From Podospora anserina (taxonomy: Eukaryota): a stretch of 64,000 bases of DNA. The translations under genes were made by a program, and so were the position numbers. The DNA is taken from NCBI GenBank assembly GCA_017654855.1, contig CM030336.1, forward strand, positions 62,001 to 126,000, given 5' to 3'. Positions within the stretch are counted from its first letter, which is position 1; each line of letters starts with the position of its first letter. Of the stretch, positions 49,824 through 61,697 are shown piece by piece. Below the pieces are notes generated by a model. The model had not been told where the DNA came from and ran no database searches. It was given only the letters and a program-made list of their open reading frames with translations.

Positions 49824-52089
49824 TGCTAGTGAGTTGATATGGGTTCCACATAGCGTAGGCGTTGGTGGCTGTTTGTTGTTTTGGATGGATAGCGATATCG
49901 GACATGGTTTATTCACACGATTGATTATAATTCTATTATCGCTGTCTTCATTCTGTGCACGTCGGCCAACGACATGAGCTTTTTTTAACTTTCAATCGCC
50001 ATATTTAATTGTATCGAGTCGGACTGTCATACAGGGAGGGCTAGGTCCTAGGATAATTTGCTATCTGTGCAATATACTGCACCCTCTAGACTCTAGACTA
50101 TCTGGTGTATAACTACAAAATATGCGCCACGCCAATCCTGGACTATCTTATGACACCTTGACTCATAGGTTGACTTATAGACAGACTTGCTCGAGGAGAG
50201 GCGATCTTCACCATGTTCGACATATCTGTCCAATTACAATACTCCAGGGTCACAAACGTTATTTTTCATGACTTTCCAAGGCCACAGTAAGGGGGGGAGC
50301 CACTTACGAAAGTGTCACACCAGGTCACTCTTCTAGCATTTTCTGTGGGAGTGTACTTGGCCTTGCATTTCCACTGCCTTCGACGCTTAGGCTAATATTT
50401 TCTGTTAAGTGAAGACACTTGGCCTTGGCCTGGCCTCGGCTACCCTCACAAAATACTGGCCAATTTCTGGCATTCAAGCCTGGTTTTATTGAGAGTGCTC
50501 CCCCTTTGTTAGGCGGCCTTGGCAAGTACCAGACGAACGTTTATCATCCTAGAGGGTTGTACAATCATCTTCACAAGCGCCGCTCAATGTGACAGGTCAA
50601 TCTTCTTCACATAAGGTAACCCCTGGTTAATTGGGTAGGCAGTAACAAGTTTTTGTTGCAACCTGCGTGGCAACAGAGTGAGGATAAAAACTGTATTTCA
50701 GGATGCTCATTGGCCAGACCAAACATCTCGACCTCTTTTCTTGTTGAAAAGAGGGTGACATTTCCGCCAGATTCAGCCACCAGCTCGTAAATCATGCAGC
50801 CCAGCTAGAAAATTAAATGAAGAATAATTAATATTCAATTATTACTAAATAATTAAATATTTTATTTATTTCATGTTTAATTCAATTGCTTGATTATTGC
50901 ACTAATTAAGCACTAGTTTCCTTCTATTTTTCATCTTTTGAATTTCTTTCCTTACCTACCAAAGTTCGAACTTCTTTGTGCTACCTATCCAAGTGCACAC
51001 CTCCCTCTTACTTGGACTCGGGGCAAATAGCAGCCTCGCATTATCATTCATCCTCCCTCCTTTCTCTCACGTTATGCCTCGTACGCGCATCTCACGTCGC
51101 ACATCATCAACTACACTGCCAGCCCTGTCCCTGTAAGACCAGCTTCACGTCTTGTTATATCTTCTCTCTACTTGATTTTCCCTCTTATCCTTATCCTTCA
51201 CTGTGCATCTGCGCACTCAAACCCAAGGAAATTTCCCAAAATCATAATCCCCTGCCCATTAAAGTTGTCCATCGAAACCAGCCTTTAAAAGGGCTGGGAA
51301 TTACATCGAAGTGAACATACACCTTAGGACATACAAGCTTTTCATAAAGATCTAGCTGCTCATAAATACCCACCATAGAGATAATCAAAGTGTTCAGCTT
51401 AATTGCTGCCCTTTACGTAGACTGATAATTGATGACCTGAAGGTATAATATTGACTCCTCCAATCAATAGATATTAATCATACACAGAATCAGGCATCCC
51501 CTTTGCCACCACTTGAGGCTTCCCTGAGGCTATCCCCTGTTCGAAAGGCCACACACATCGAGCGGCATTTCCCTCAGGGCGTGGTGAGACGTGCATATTC
51601 ACCCTCCAGTGAGAATCAGGAACGCGCGCTATCACGAGGTCTGTACTCGTTTGCCCTGCCGCATACTCTTTATTTTGGCCACATTTTCACACACACACCT
51701 CACCGCGGTGGCTCTTACCCCCAAATACCGACTCCTTCCACACCTTCCACAATTTGCATATCGTCGTCGCCTTCCCTCCTCCTACCTGCCCGCTATAAAA
51801 AGGCGACGCAAATCGCGCCTCCCTTTTCAGGGATCTCCATTCTCGCCGGCTCGCCATGCCTTACTGGTTCACGGGGTACCACACTCACTCGCTACCTCTT
51901 GCCAAAAAGGATACGCCATTCATCACCAATCTCATCTCAGCGTCCTTACACAAATCGCCCTTTCTTACATACCACCAGCCGCACTTACACCGCACAACCT
52001 CACATAAATCGTGGTATGTATTATTGTGCATTTACTTAATACACGCCTATGCAGCACCATGCATAAATATTTATCTACTGTCCTTATGC

Positions 52090-53110
52090 AGCATTCTTGG
52101 CATATATCCTCTCTCTTCTTTTCTGTCTAATCCGAGCTCTATCCCAACATTCTGTCTTTTTTCCCATTTAATCTGAGCTCTGTCCCAGCATTCCATGTCT
52201 TTTTCTTTCTTATAGTCTGGGTTTTCTACTCACATTGTCCACCCATTTCTTTTTTTCTTTTTCAATTTAAAATTTATTCTAGTATTCTCTGTCTTTCTTT
52301 TTTCATTCTGAACATTACCTCTTGTTCTCGGCACGCCACCCGGCGAAGGCGGATGAGATAGGGCGATCTTGGAGTCTTGACGACCCACACTTCATCCCAG
52401 TCCTCTCTATCTATCACCTTTTATTATTCTAAGCTCTACCCCGATATTCTCTATCCTTCTTTCTCAAGTTTAAGCATTTCCTACTGTTTTTAATACACTA
52501 CCCGGCGAAGGCGGAAGGGACAGGGTGGCTTTGGAGTCTTGACGACCCAGCTCTATTCCAGTAAGGTACCCTCTGTCTTGGTGTATTCCAGTCTAAACTC
52601 CATGCCAATCTTTGCTGCCTCTTTTTCTCTCTTAGTCCAACCTTCCGCTATCCCAGAATCCTCTTTTCTTTCCTTCTCCAGTTTAGATTTTTGTTATAAT
52701 TCTTAATTCGCCAACTTAGGGCGGGACGACTTCAGAGTCTTATCAAGTATCCTACTTTACTTCCTATCCATTTATTCCAAGCCCTATCTCAGCATTCCCA
52801 TGCTCTTTCTTTCCTTCATTCTATATATTCATGTGTTATCTCAGCATTCCCACTCCTTCTTTTTTATCGAAATATTCTCTTCATTCTATATCTTTATTTG
52901 TTATATTTCGTTCCAGCGCTATTCCCTATTATGTGTTCCTTCTTCTTCTAGTCTCCACACTCCCAGTATTCTCTACCTATTTTCTCTCCTTTAGTCTAGG
53001 CATTACCTATCTCGCGCCGTCCCAGCCATCTATCTTCTTTTCTTAAGAGCTTTTAGTTATATATTAGCATTCTCTACCTTTTTACTTCCAGCCTAAACTC
53101 TACTCACACT
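52090..53110. repeat. Degenerate pyrimidine-rich tandem repeat array (162-bp period plus about 40-50-bp subunits)
   Basis: CCCGGCGAAGGCGGA...GGAGTCTTGACGACCCA at 52339 and 52501, with a third degenerate copy at about 52700-52745. TAATCYGAGCTCTRTCCCARCATTC at 52128 and 52169, with further weak copies. Confidence 0.8.
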
Positions 53111-53124
53111 TTTAAAGGACAGTA

Positions 53125-54970
53125 ACGTACATTATAAGCGAGTGCACCACTTTTTAAGCGACGCACTATCCTTCCACCCAACATCGACTTTTTCTACACA
53201 ACCCAATATACCTTCTACTTTAAAGGAAGCCAGGGTGATCTTAGCCCTCGAAGCTCTTGAAAAAGATAAAAATCTCAGCCTCCGAGCCGCAGGAAAGATC
53301 TACAACGTCCACCATACGACTCTCTTACGACAACGCGCTGGCCGGCCTGCACGACGCAATACCACGCCCAAATCGAAGAAGCTTACTCAATCCGAAAAGG
53401 ATACTATTATTCAATACATCATTAAGCTATATACGCGAGCTTTTCTACCAAGATTACGTGGTATAAAAGATATAGCCAACCAACTACTACGCATACGCGA
53501 CGCGCCCCCTATTAGCAAGCTCTGGGCACACAACTTCGTCAAACGCTAGCCACAGCTCCGTACGCGTTTTACACGTAAATACGACTACCAGAGGGCTAAG
53601 TGCGAGGATCTAAAGGTTATTACCGAGTGGTTTACGCTTATACGGAACATTAAGGCTAAGTACGGTATTATAAATAACGATATCTATAACTTCGACGAGA
53701 CTGGGTTTATAATAGGTATTATCTTCGCGGGTATAGTAATTACGACCTCGGACGGCCTTAATAAGGCAAAACTAGCCCAGCCTAGCAACCGCAAATAGGC
53801 AACGGTGATCCAGGGAGTTAATACCCTCGGCTAGGCTATCCCTCCCTTTATTATTTTAACCACACAGTACCACCTTACCAACTAATATACCGAATATAAT
53901 TTACCGTCCACCTAACGTATCGCAACCACCGATAATAGATAGACTATTAATCCGGTAGGCTTAAATTGGATTAAGCACTTCGACTATTATACAGCGTCCC
54001 GTATAAAAAGCAAATACCGGTTATTAATCCTCGATAGCCACGAAAGTTACTACTCGACCGAATTCGAGCGTTATTACCAGCAGAATAACATTATTACGCT
54101 CTATATACCTCCACACTCCTCCTACCTCCTCCAGCCACTCGATGTTGGCTACTTTAGGCCGCTAAAACAGGCGTACGGTCGCCAGATCGAAGACTTAATG
54201 CGTATACATATCAACCATATAAGTAAGCTCGAGTTCCTTTGTGCCTTCCGCGAGGCCTTCTTCGTCTCTATAATAGAGAAGAATATATAGGGTGGCTTTA
54301 CGGGCGCTAGCCTTATACCGTACGATCTAGAGAGGGTACTTTCTAAGCTGGATATGAAGCTTCGTACGCCAACACCTCCAAACTCACGGCCCGGTACTGC
54401 ACAACCTTGGGTCTCCTAGATACCACACAACCCTCGAGAAGCCAATTCACAATCAACGCTTATTAAGACTCGCATTACTAACCATCAAAATAGCTCCCCG
54501 ACTTTAATGCTGGCTGTAGTAGACCAGCTTGCTAAAGGTATAACGGCTATAATGTACCAGGTGGCTCTCCTTCGTGCAAAGGTCTCTTCGCTCCGTAAGG
54601 CCAATGAGGCACTAAGCAAGCGCCGGAGAGCTAAAAAAACACGTATAAGGCTTGGAGGGTCACTTACTATACAAGAGGCACAGGATCTATTGGATCAGAA
54701 GGCCGTGGATAAGGAGGGAGTGCAAGAAACGCAGCCGGATAGTAGTAATGTAGGGGGGGCTCGTACGAAGGTTCAGTGCTGTAGTGTGTGCGGTAAGCCT
54801 GGCCATAATGCGCGCACTTGCCAGGAAGCTGCAGATGCTTCAGATTCAGCTGTTTCTGATGTAATTATAGTTAATTCCTTGTGTTGATGTGGTGTAATTG
54901 AGGATAGTATTCGTAGGGTGGTGGAAAGTGGTGCACTCGCTTATATGGTGCACTCGCTTATAATGTACGT
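53125..54970 (+). mobile_element. Full-length pogo/Fot1-type (Tc1/mariner) DNA transposon, RIP-inactivated
   Basis: TIRs ACGTACATTATAAGCGAGTGCACCA / TGGTGCACTCGCTTATAATGTACGT, TA duplication at 53123-24 and 54971-72. Transposase relic at about 53208-54887 with HTH/CENP-B-like region, YNFDETGF, LILDSHESY, LQPLDVG and CCHC knuckle. Stops and ATG>ATA changes fit CpA/TpG transitions. Confidence 0.97.
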
Positions 54971-55217
54971 TATCACATTTTGATACCAACGTCCACCCAT
55001 AATCCCCTATTTCACATATTCACTTTTCATACATTCCATACCTTTTGTATATCTACAGATATTATTTCTTGCTTCAAGTTCAAGCTTTTCAAGTTTCAAG
55101 TTTCACCCCTACTAGTCCAAACATTGAAATCTGCCAGTCTCAGCTCCTATTACCATCAGTCCAGCCTTCCAGGTTATTTATTCCACATCACTGACCTTCT
55201 CCCAGCCACAGTTACTG

Positions 55218-56722
55218 ATGCCTACCCCGAAGAACGATCGCGAGTCGCGCGACCACAGTCGAGGCGGTCACGTCAACTCAAGAGGTAGTACTCGGCGCCC
55301 TCAGGTGTTGAATGCGGTATGTCTTGACTTATGGTTAATCCTACCATTGCGCTAACACTGTAGTAGGCAGTTCCATCAAGAAGACGGGTTATTCCGCCTA
55401 TTAGATCGCCACGGATGCGTGCCGACCTGTTGGCAGCAGCGCAGGAAGCCCAGGCATCTGCGGCTGAGAATGTCGCAATGGAGGCACCGGTTACCGAAAC
55501 CACGGCCGTTCAGGTTCAGACAGGCCCCGGCGTGGCATCAAGCACGTCTGGACAGAACGAAGCATCGGGGTCCCCATCTGTCAGCGAGCCTTCAGATCCG
55601 GACCCGGCTTCTCAGCAAGTCCAAATCTGGACTGGCAGCCTGTCTCAGGGTGTGAGGCAGGTCACGATGCTGGTCACCAAATCCAAGCCCGGCAGGACCG
55701 ACGTCAGCGCGGACCAGCTCAAGCTCTATCAGGAGTCGGCGAGAGCCTTCTTCTGGTGGCTGGAGTTCGATGCCGTGGTCAGGCCGTCGTTCAGGGATGT
55801 CCATCACCTCGACCAGGTCATGAACTTAGTCCGCAACTCGACAAACCTAGGCATTCCTGCTGACATCAAAGAGGCGGCAAATGCGGTTCGTTTGAGGTTT
55901 GAGGAAGACAACTGGGGCCAAGGCGACGAGGGCTATGCTAGTGACGTTAGCACCGACGTGGACGCGGGTCAGCCTCGTATTGTCTCACCCCGCTCTCCGG
56001 GGCGAGCGTCAAGCGGCGGAAACAGGGCAGCCGGTGTCAGTGTCATCCCTCAGCCTCCCGTCAATCACCCAATCTACGGTAAAGGCGGAATCATGCACGG
56101 CGTGGTTTGCTACCGAAGCCCCAAAAAAGGTCTGACGTACAAGCTGAACCCGGCCTACAAGCACGAAAAGGTCAATGCCGCGTTCATTGGAGAGGGCTAT
56201 TTGATCCCTGGTGATTGGTGGCCTTTCCAGCTGGTAGCGCTTTTCCACGGGGCGCATGGAAGAAGCCAGGGGGGGATCTTCGGCTCGGCGTCGATGGGAG
56301 TCTATTCGATCGTCATATCCGGCCGCAACAACAAGTATCATGAGATTGACAAGGATGATGGTGAGATTTTGTATTACTCCACGGACAACATGGGGGTAGC
56401 CACCACATCGGTCGGTACCCAGGCTCTCAACAAGTCGATTGACATCAGACAGCCTGTGAGAGTCCTCCGTGGCCAAAGTCAGACCGGCGGAGGCTGGGCT
56501 CCTGAATGTGGGATTCGCTACGATGGACTGTACCGAGTTATTGGGAAGAAATTGGTGCCGACAAGGAATGGCGAAGAGTGGTTCCGGTATACGTTGCGCC
56601 GTGAAGCAGGCCAGCGGGATCTTCGCGAGATTGTGGGAAGCTCACCAACTCTGCAGCAGAGGAACGACTACCTGAGGATTCGAGACGCCTACCCTGGCGT
56701 AGCCCGAGGAGTATGTGGATAA
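55218..56722 (+). CDS. Stand-alone SRA/YDG-domain protein
   Basis: Exon 55218-55316, intron 55317-55366, then in frame with the 435-aa ORF. SRA motifs GAHGRSQGGI, YSIVISG..Y..D.DDGEILYYS, PVRVLRG, APECGIRYDGLYRV. Confidence 0.9.
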
Positions 56723-57766
56723 GTAGAAGTGTTGTTTAAAAGTGTGTTGGTATTTTGGAGTGATGAATGGGTGGCGAGCTTGAGGCAAAACGAAACAACT
56801 GATGATGGAAACAGACTCGACATGCAAGGCTTGCAGGAAAAGCAATGAGTACCCAGTTGGAACTGCAATGATTTTAGCTTTGCCTGTTATATACCTAGCT
56901 ACTTACTAGTAGCCTGCGCTGAGTAATAAAGATGCGTTGGTTTATATATTTACTATCTCTTTTCTAGCGTGTATAAAAGCCCTAAGTGATATGTTGGGCG
57001 GGTCTACCCCTGACCCCCTGAGCCCTTGAAGCTTTAAGGTCCCTAGGAAAATTGTCTGACACAGATGATGACTTTCAGAGGCCTTGTCCTATATTTAGGA
57101 TTATTTTAAGAGTAGACTGGATTTAGGCTGCTCTGTAGTACTTGTGTCTAAGTTTGATAACTTGTCTTTCGCCAGAGTATGTGTGGCATAATAAAATGTT
57201 TTGTATGCAGTAAGAACAGTGTCTCATTTCCAGAATTGAGGTTCCGGCTGCCTTGAAGCCCCCTGAGGGCAGCCTTCACGTGATTCCTATGGGACTAACA
57301 TTGGTCTTCCTCAGGCGCACCTTCCCACACTGCCGGTAACGTTTGAATCTGTCCCAACTCGTGAAAAACCGTCCGAACTCTCTGCATGGTCGTCCCAACT
57401 TGTGTCACCCTTGGTATTGGGATACAATAATGACATTGTCCAGAAAAATATCAAAGTATGGAAGAAGTATGCACAGAAATGAAAACTGCCTGCGCGAGCT
57501 TGGGCCATAGTCGTCAGTCTTCTACAAGCCTTGGGGCAGAGCAAATGGGGCAGGGACACCTTCAAATGGCCCAAGAGTGGGCTTGCTTAGAAAGACCCTC
57601 AGTGTGGGAAAGATACCTAATCCCTGGGCCGATCTGCAATTCTATTGGCTAGGTAGGTCATTTACATAAACAGCATGGCCAAGCGAGGGGATACGTCCAG
57701 CTTCAATTCAGTTTCATTGCTCTGAATTGCTATTGCCGTAGTGTACCATCTCCTACCACCTGCAAC

Positions 57767-59934
57767 ATGGCACCTACGATACGCTCCAGACTTCGGAATA
57801 GTCTATTTCGACGGCAGCCGACAGTCATTTTAGCCCGCACATCTCGTGCGGCTGATCCTCATTTGCCATCATTCTCTCGGTTGGCCGATGAGCTTGTCTT
57901 ACACATCATCGAGATTGTCCATGACAGCAGTCCACAGGATTTATTCAATGTTGCGCTGGTCTGCTCTGATCTCTATGTCAAGGCTCGATGCCTCCAACAC
58001 CGCCTCCTCGCTCTTGACTTCCCCAGGCACACCAAGATTACGCTGACAAGTCTCATCTTCGAGATTTGGAGCGAGGACAGCTCACCTGGCCGTGTGGTGG
58101 CTCACCGTCTACAATGCATGCAACGCATCGACCTCTTGTCTGCCATTCGCACACTCGACTTCTCCATCCCCAGTGTTGGGGGAGAACCTCTCTCAGCGCA
58201 ACCAATAGCCCAGCCAACAAAACACGACAGTGGAAGTTCCTCCGAAAGCCCAAGACACCAAGCCAGGACCCAGGAATGGATCATATGGTGAAAAGGTACC
58301 CGATCTGGCCCCTCGCCTTCGGCCAGTACCATCCCAATCCATCATGCCTATCGTCAACCCCTCTCATCAACTCGATGCCAGACCTGCGCGACATCCACTG
58401 GCATTGCCGGCACGTCCACAGCGCCCTCCCCCTCCCAGATACTTTGTCCTCCCTCAAAACCAATTCCAAAAGCCCCCCCATCAACCTTCACCTCTCCATC
58501 ACCACCAGAGACGACCGACGTCCCAACCCACGCCTCCTCCAGCTCCTCTCCCAGCTCTTGACCTACCCGCTCACCCCGAACCTGACCTCACTTAAAATCA
58601 ACATAACCTACTACACCCAAAACTACACCCGCCAAATCCTTCACCCCCTAAAAGCCATCCTCTGTTACGCTCCTAATCTACAAAAGCTTTCTCTCGACAT
58701 CTGGTACCACCGCGGCGCCAGCGGCCAGGGCACTCTAGACGAGAAATACTTTGGCTTCGGCTTCACATCAGCCGAAAAACTTGCCACCAAAAGGCTAAAG
58801 CATCTTACAATCCACGCCTACCCATTTGGCCGCCCTGCCGTGGCAGGCGAATCAAATTGGAACACCGAGGGCTATCCACCAAATACATCCCCGGAGGTCG
58901 ACTACTGGGCCAGAGAATTTTACTGGGGAGCACCGGAGACGCTCCAGCTGTTGGACGTGGGGTGGATGGGGACAGACAAGATATTGGCCAGCGTGGAACT
59001 AGCGGGCAAGCTGGGGACCTTGAGAGAGCTGAAGCTGGATGGGCTGTACGGACCTGGGATGAGGCCCTTGCAAGTGGAGGGCTCGGCTAACAGAGACTAT
59101 GTTGAAGGGATCTGGGGTTTCTTGCGGTACTTGCCACAGGGAAGACTGGAGCACATCAGTTTGCCGTTTGTAGGGGGAGATGTTATTCCAGTGGAGGCAG
59201 TTACGTGGTTTGGAAACACATTGACGAGACTGGATATCACACGTTCTGCAGTGACAGAAGATGATCTCTGGGTTTTGGGGAGGAACCTGCCGCGGTTGCG
59301 GGAGCTGAGGATTTGGTGTGAGAGGCAACACGGCCAGTCGGATCATGGCGATGGCGGTGAGGGCAGATGGCCGGAAACAACGTTTGGTGTGCTGGCTGAT
59401 GCAGGCAACTTTCCGTCTTTGCGAGATTTGCACCTCACCTTTGAACTTGGGTTCAAAGAGAAGCAGATACAGCCGCCGTTGACCGAGAGGATACATGGTG
59501 GTCGTCGCAGTGGTCATAAAAGCCCTTCTCTGCAGCGGGTATATTTGTCCGCCGGAGAACTTCCAAAGAGGAGGAATGACCCAAGCCGCTTTCGAGGCTT
59601 CCTGGATGCCGAAGAAAGAGCAAAGGCCTCTGCTAAGAACGCAATGAGCTTTGTATGCTCCCCACATCTTGATACCGGAGGAGTGAAAATCAAATGTCCT
59701 AAATTGGTCAATGCTGGGTTGTCTGAGGAGAAATTACAAAGAGCGTGGGCACTTGTGATGAAATATCAAGTCGGGGATCATGGAAACCGAAAGATTCAAG
59801 AATTAGAAGACAAGGCAGTGGCAATCTTGGAAATAGAGGGCGAAAAGGCGGCCATGGGAGATAAATATTGGGCCCTTGTAGCCGCACTCAAGTGTCCCCG
59901 ATGGGGTGATAACGAGGGCAATTATACGACATGA
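57767..59934 (+). pseudogene. F-box-like / LRR-like protein, apparently frameshifted
   Basis: F-box-like FSRLADELVLHII..LFNVALVCSDLY in one frame; LRR-like units (LTSLKI, LQKLSL, LRELKL, LTRLDI, LRELRI) in another. No obvious intron at about 58200-58370. Confidence 0.6.
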
Positions 59935-59942
59935 CAGGTCCT

Positions 59943-61697
59943 TCAGAGGCGCGCCCGGACATTGCTCGCCTTCCTGATATCGTAGCCCAGTTCTTCTGCA
60001 ATGCCTAGGCCGGCCGTCCTTCCAGAAAAGATGCACCCGCCCAAAAAGGTCCCCTCCAGACTGTTGTAGCCGTGCACGCCTCCACCTCCAAATCCGGCGA
60101 CCTCTCCTGCAGCATACAAACCCTTGAAGACGCTGCCATCAGCCTTCATCACCTGGCTCTTCAAGTTTGTTTCAATACCGCCCAGTGTCTTTCTTGTCAA
60201 CAGGTTCATACGGACTGCGATGAGAGGCCCGCTCTTCTTCTTGTCCAACAGCTTGTGCGGTGGCGCAATGCGGCTGCGCTTATCGGGCCAGTAGGTTCTC
60301 GCCGAGTTGATGAGCATGGTCTGGGCATCCTTGGAGAAGGGGTTGTCGAACTGGCTGTCTCGGGTCTCGACCACGTCCTTGATCTTCTGGTAGTCGAGGG
60401 GCACGCCTCCCGGGATCTTGGCCACCAGCTGGTTCATTCCCTCCACCAAGTCCTCCAGATTGTCCTTGACTACAAAGTCGACACCATGCTTGACGAAGTT
60501 TTGCACGGGAACGGTGCCCTTCTTGGAAAGAACGCGCTGTGTCAAGACACCCCAGACAGACTTTCCAGTGACATCTGGGTTTTGTTCCGACCCTGACAGG
60601 GCAAACTCGCGCGCAACGATAGCCTGGTCGGTAATAAACCAAGTATAGTCGTGACCGGTGGAGCAAATATACTTGAGCGTGCCGAGGGTGTCACAGCCAG
60701 GGAAGAGGTGGTTGGGCAGCCGCTTGCCGTTGGCATCGAGCCACAGAGACGATGGTGCAGGCAGCACACGAATCCCGTGGCCAGGCCAAATGGGGTTCCA
60801 GTTTGCCAACCCTTCTGTGTAATGCCACATGCGATCCCGGTTGATGATGTTCGCGCCGGCACTTTCTGTAATGTCGATCATCCTCCCGTCAACATGATGC
60901 GGCACCCCAATGACAAAGTTTTGGGGGACCTTGGGGCCCAGTCTGTCGACGGGCCACGCGGCTTTCACCTTGTCAACATTTCCACCGATGCCCCCCGATG
61001 TGACGAGGACGGCAGCTCCGTGAATCTCAAATTGGTCGACTACGGTTCTTGACGACTTGACACCTCGAGGAGAGTTGTCCTCTTCGAGTATGCTTCCCTT
61101 CACACCCACTGCTCTCCCTGTAAGCTCATCCAAAATAATCTCGTCGACACGGTGTCGGTGTCTGAACTCGACGGTCCCCTTCTTGGCGGCCTTCTTCACT
61201 GGCTCGGCAAAGACCCTAACAACCTCAGGGCCAGTCCCCCAAGTCAAATGGAATCTGGGCACCGTGTTTCCATGACCATCTGCTCGTCCATCACCTCTTT
61301 CAGCCCAGCCAACGTTCACCAAGAACCCCAGTCCTCGAGCTTTGACGTAGTCCTCCATTTCATCAGTAGCGAAATTGACGAATGCCTCCGCCCACTTTCG
61401 TGGCCAGTAATCCTCCTTCTCGCGGTCAAACTGGGCCGAGTTGAACCAGTCCTTCATTGCCAGCTCTCTGGAATCCTTGATGCCCATTCTTCGTTGGTAG
61501 GAAGAGTCGACGCAGAAGATGCCTCCCAAAGACCAAAACGCTTGGCCGCCAACATTGTTTGCGTTTTCTTGATCGAGGAGAAGGACGGGAATGCGAAGAC
61601 GGGAGAGCTCAAAGGCAGCGACGAGACCGGCGAGGCCTGCGCCGACAATGATGACGGGCTTTTGGGCCTTGCCCGCGGACGGGTGTCGTTTGGGCAT
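59943..61697 (-). CDS. FAD-binding dehydrogenase, KsdD-like (FAD_binding_2 family)
   Basis: IVGAGLAGL, GGQAFWSLGG, GWAERG, PRFHLTWGTG, RKTLGG, GLYAAGE, LEGTFLGGCIFSGR. Intronless. Confidence 0.92.
   Translation of the reverse strand: MPKRHPSAGKAQKPVIIVGAGLAGLVAAFELSRLRIPVLLLDQENANNVGGQAFWSLGGIFCVDSSYQRRMGIKDSRELAMKDWFNSAQFDREKEDYWPRKWAEAFVNFATDEMEDYVKARGLGFLVNVGWAERGDGRADGHGNTVPRFHLTWGTGPEVVRVFAEPVKKAAKKGTVEFRHRHRVDEIILDELTGRAVGVKGSILEEDNSPRGVKSSRTVVDQFEIHGAAVLVTSGGIGGNVDKVKAAWPVDRLGPKVPQNFVIGVPHHVDGRMIDITESAGANIINRDRMWHYTEGLANWNPIWPGHGIRVLPAPSSLWLDANGKRLPNHLFPGCDTLGTLKYICSTGHDYTWFITDQAIVAREFALSGSEQNPDVTGKSVWGVLTQRVLSKKGTVPVQNFVKHGVDFVVKDNLEDLVEGMNQLVAKIPGGVPLDYQKIKDVVETRDSQFDNPFSKDAQTMLINSARTYWPDKRSRIAPPHKLLDKKKSGPLIAVRMNLLTRKTLGGIETNLKSQVMKADGSVFKGLYAAGEVAGFGGGGVHGYNSLEGTFLGGCIFSGRTAGLGIAEELGYDIRKASNVRARL

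Noticed and set aside
52339-52550. Spaced direct repeats resembling a CRISPR array
   Set aside because: The DNA is eukaryotic, there are only 2-3 copies, the 'spacers' are homologous to each other, and no cas genes are present.
57246-57274. Hairpin GGCTGCCTT..AGGGCAGCC (and CCTCTTTTC-N5-GAAAAGAGG at about 50732) as Helitron or terminator signals
   Set aside because: There is no properly placed CTRR end and no Rep/helicase. Short hairpins arise by chance.
50040-57300. Starship or LTR element call for the island
   Set aside because: No tyrosine recombinase, gag/pol, LTRs or convincing termini are visible.
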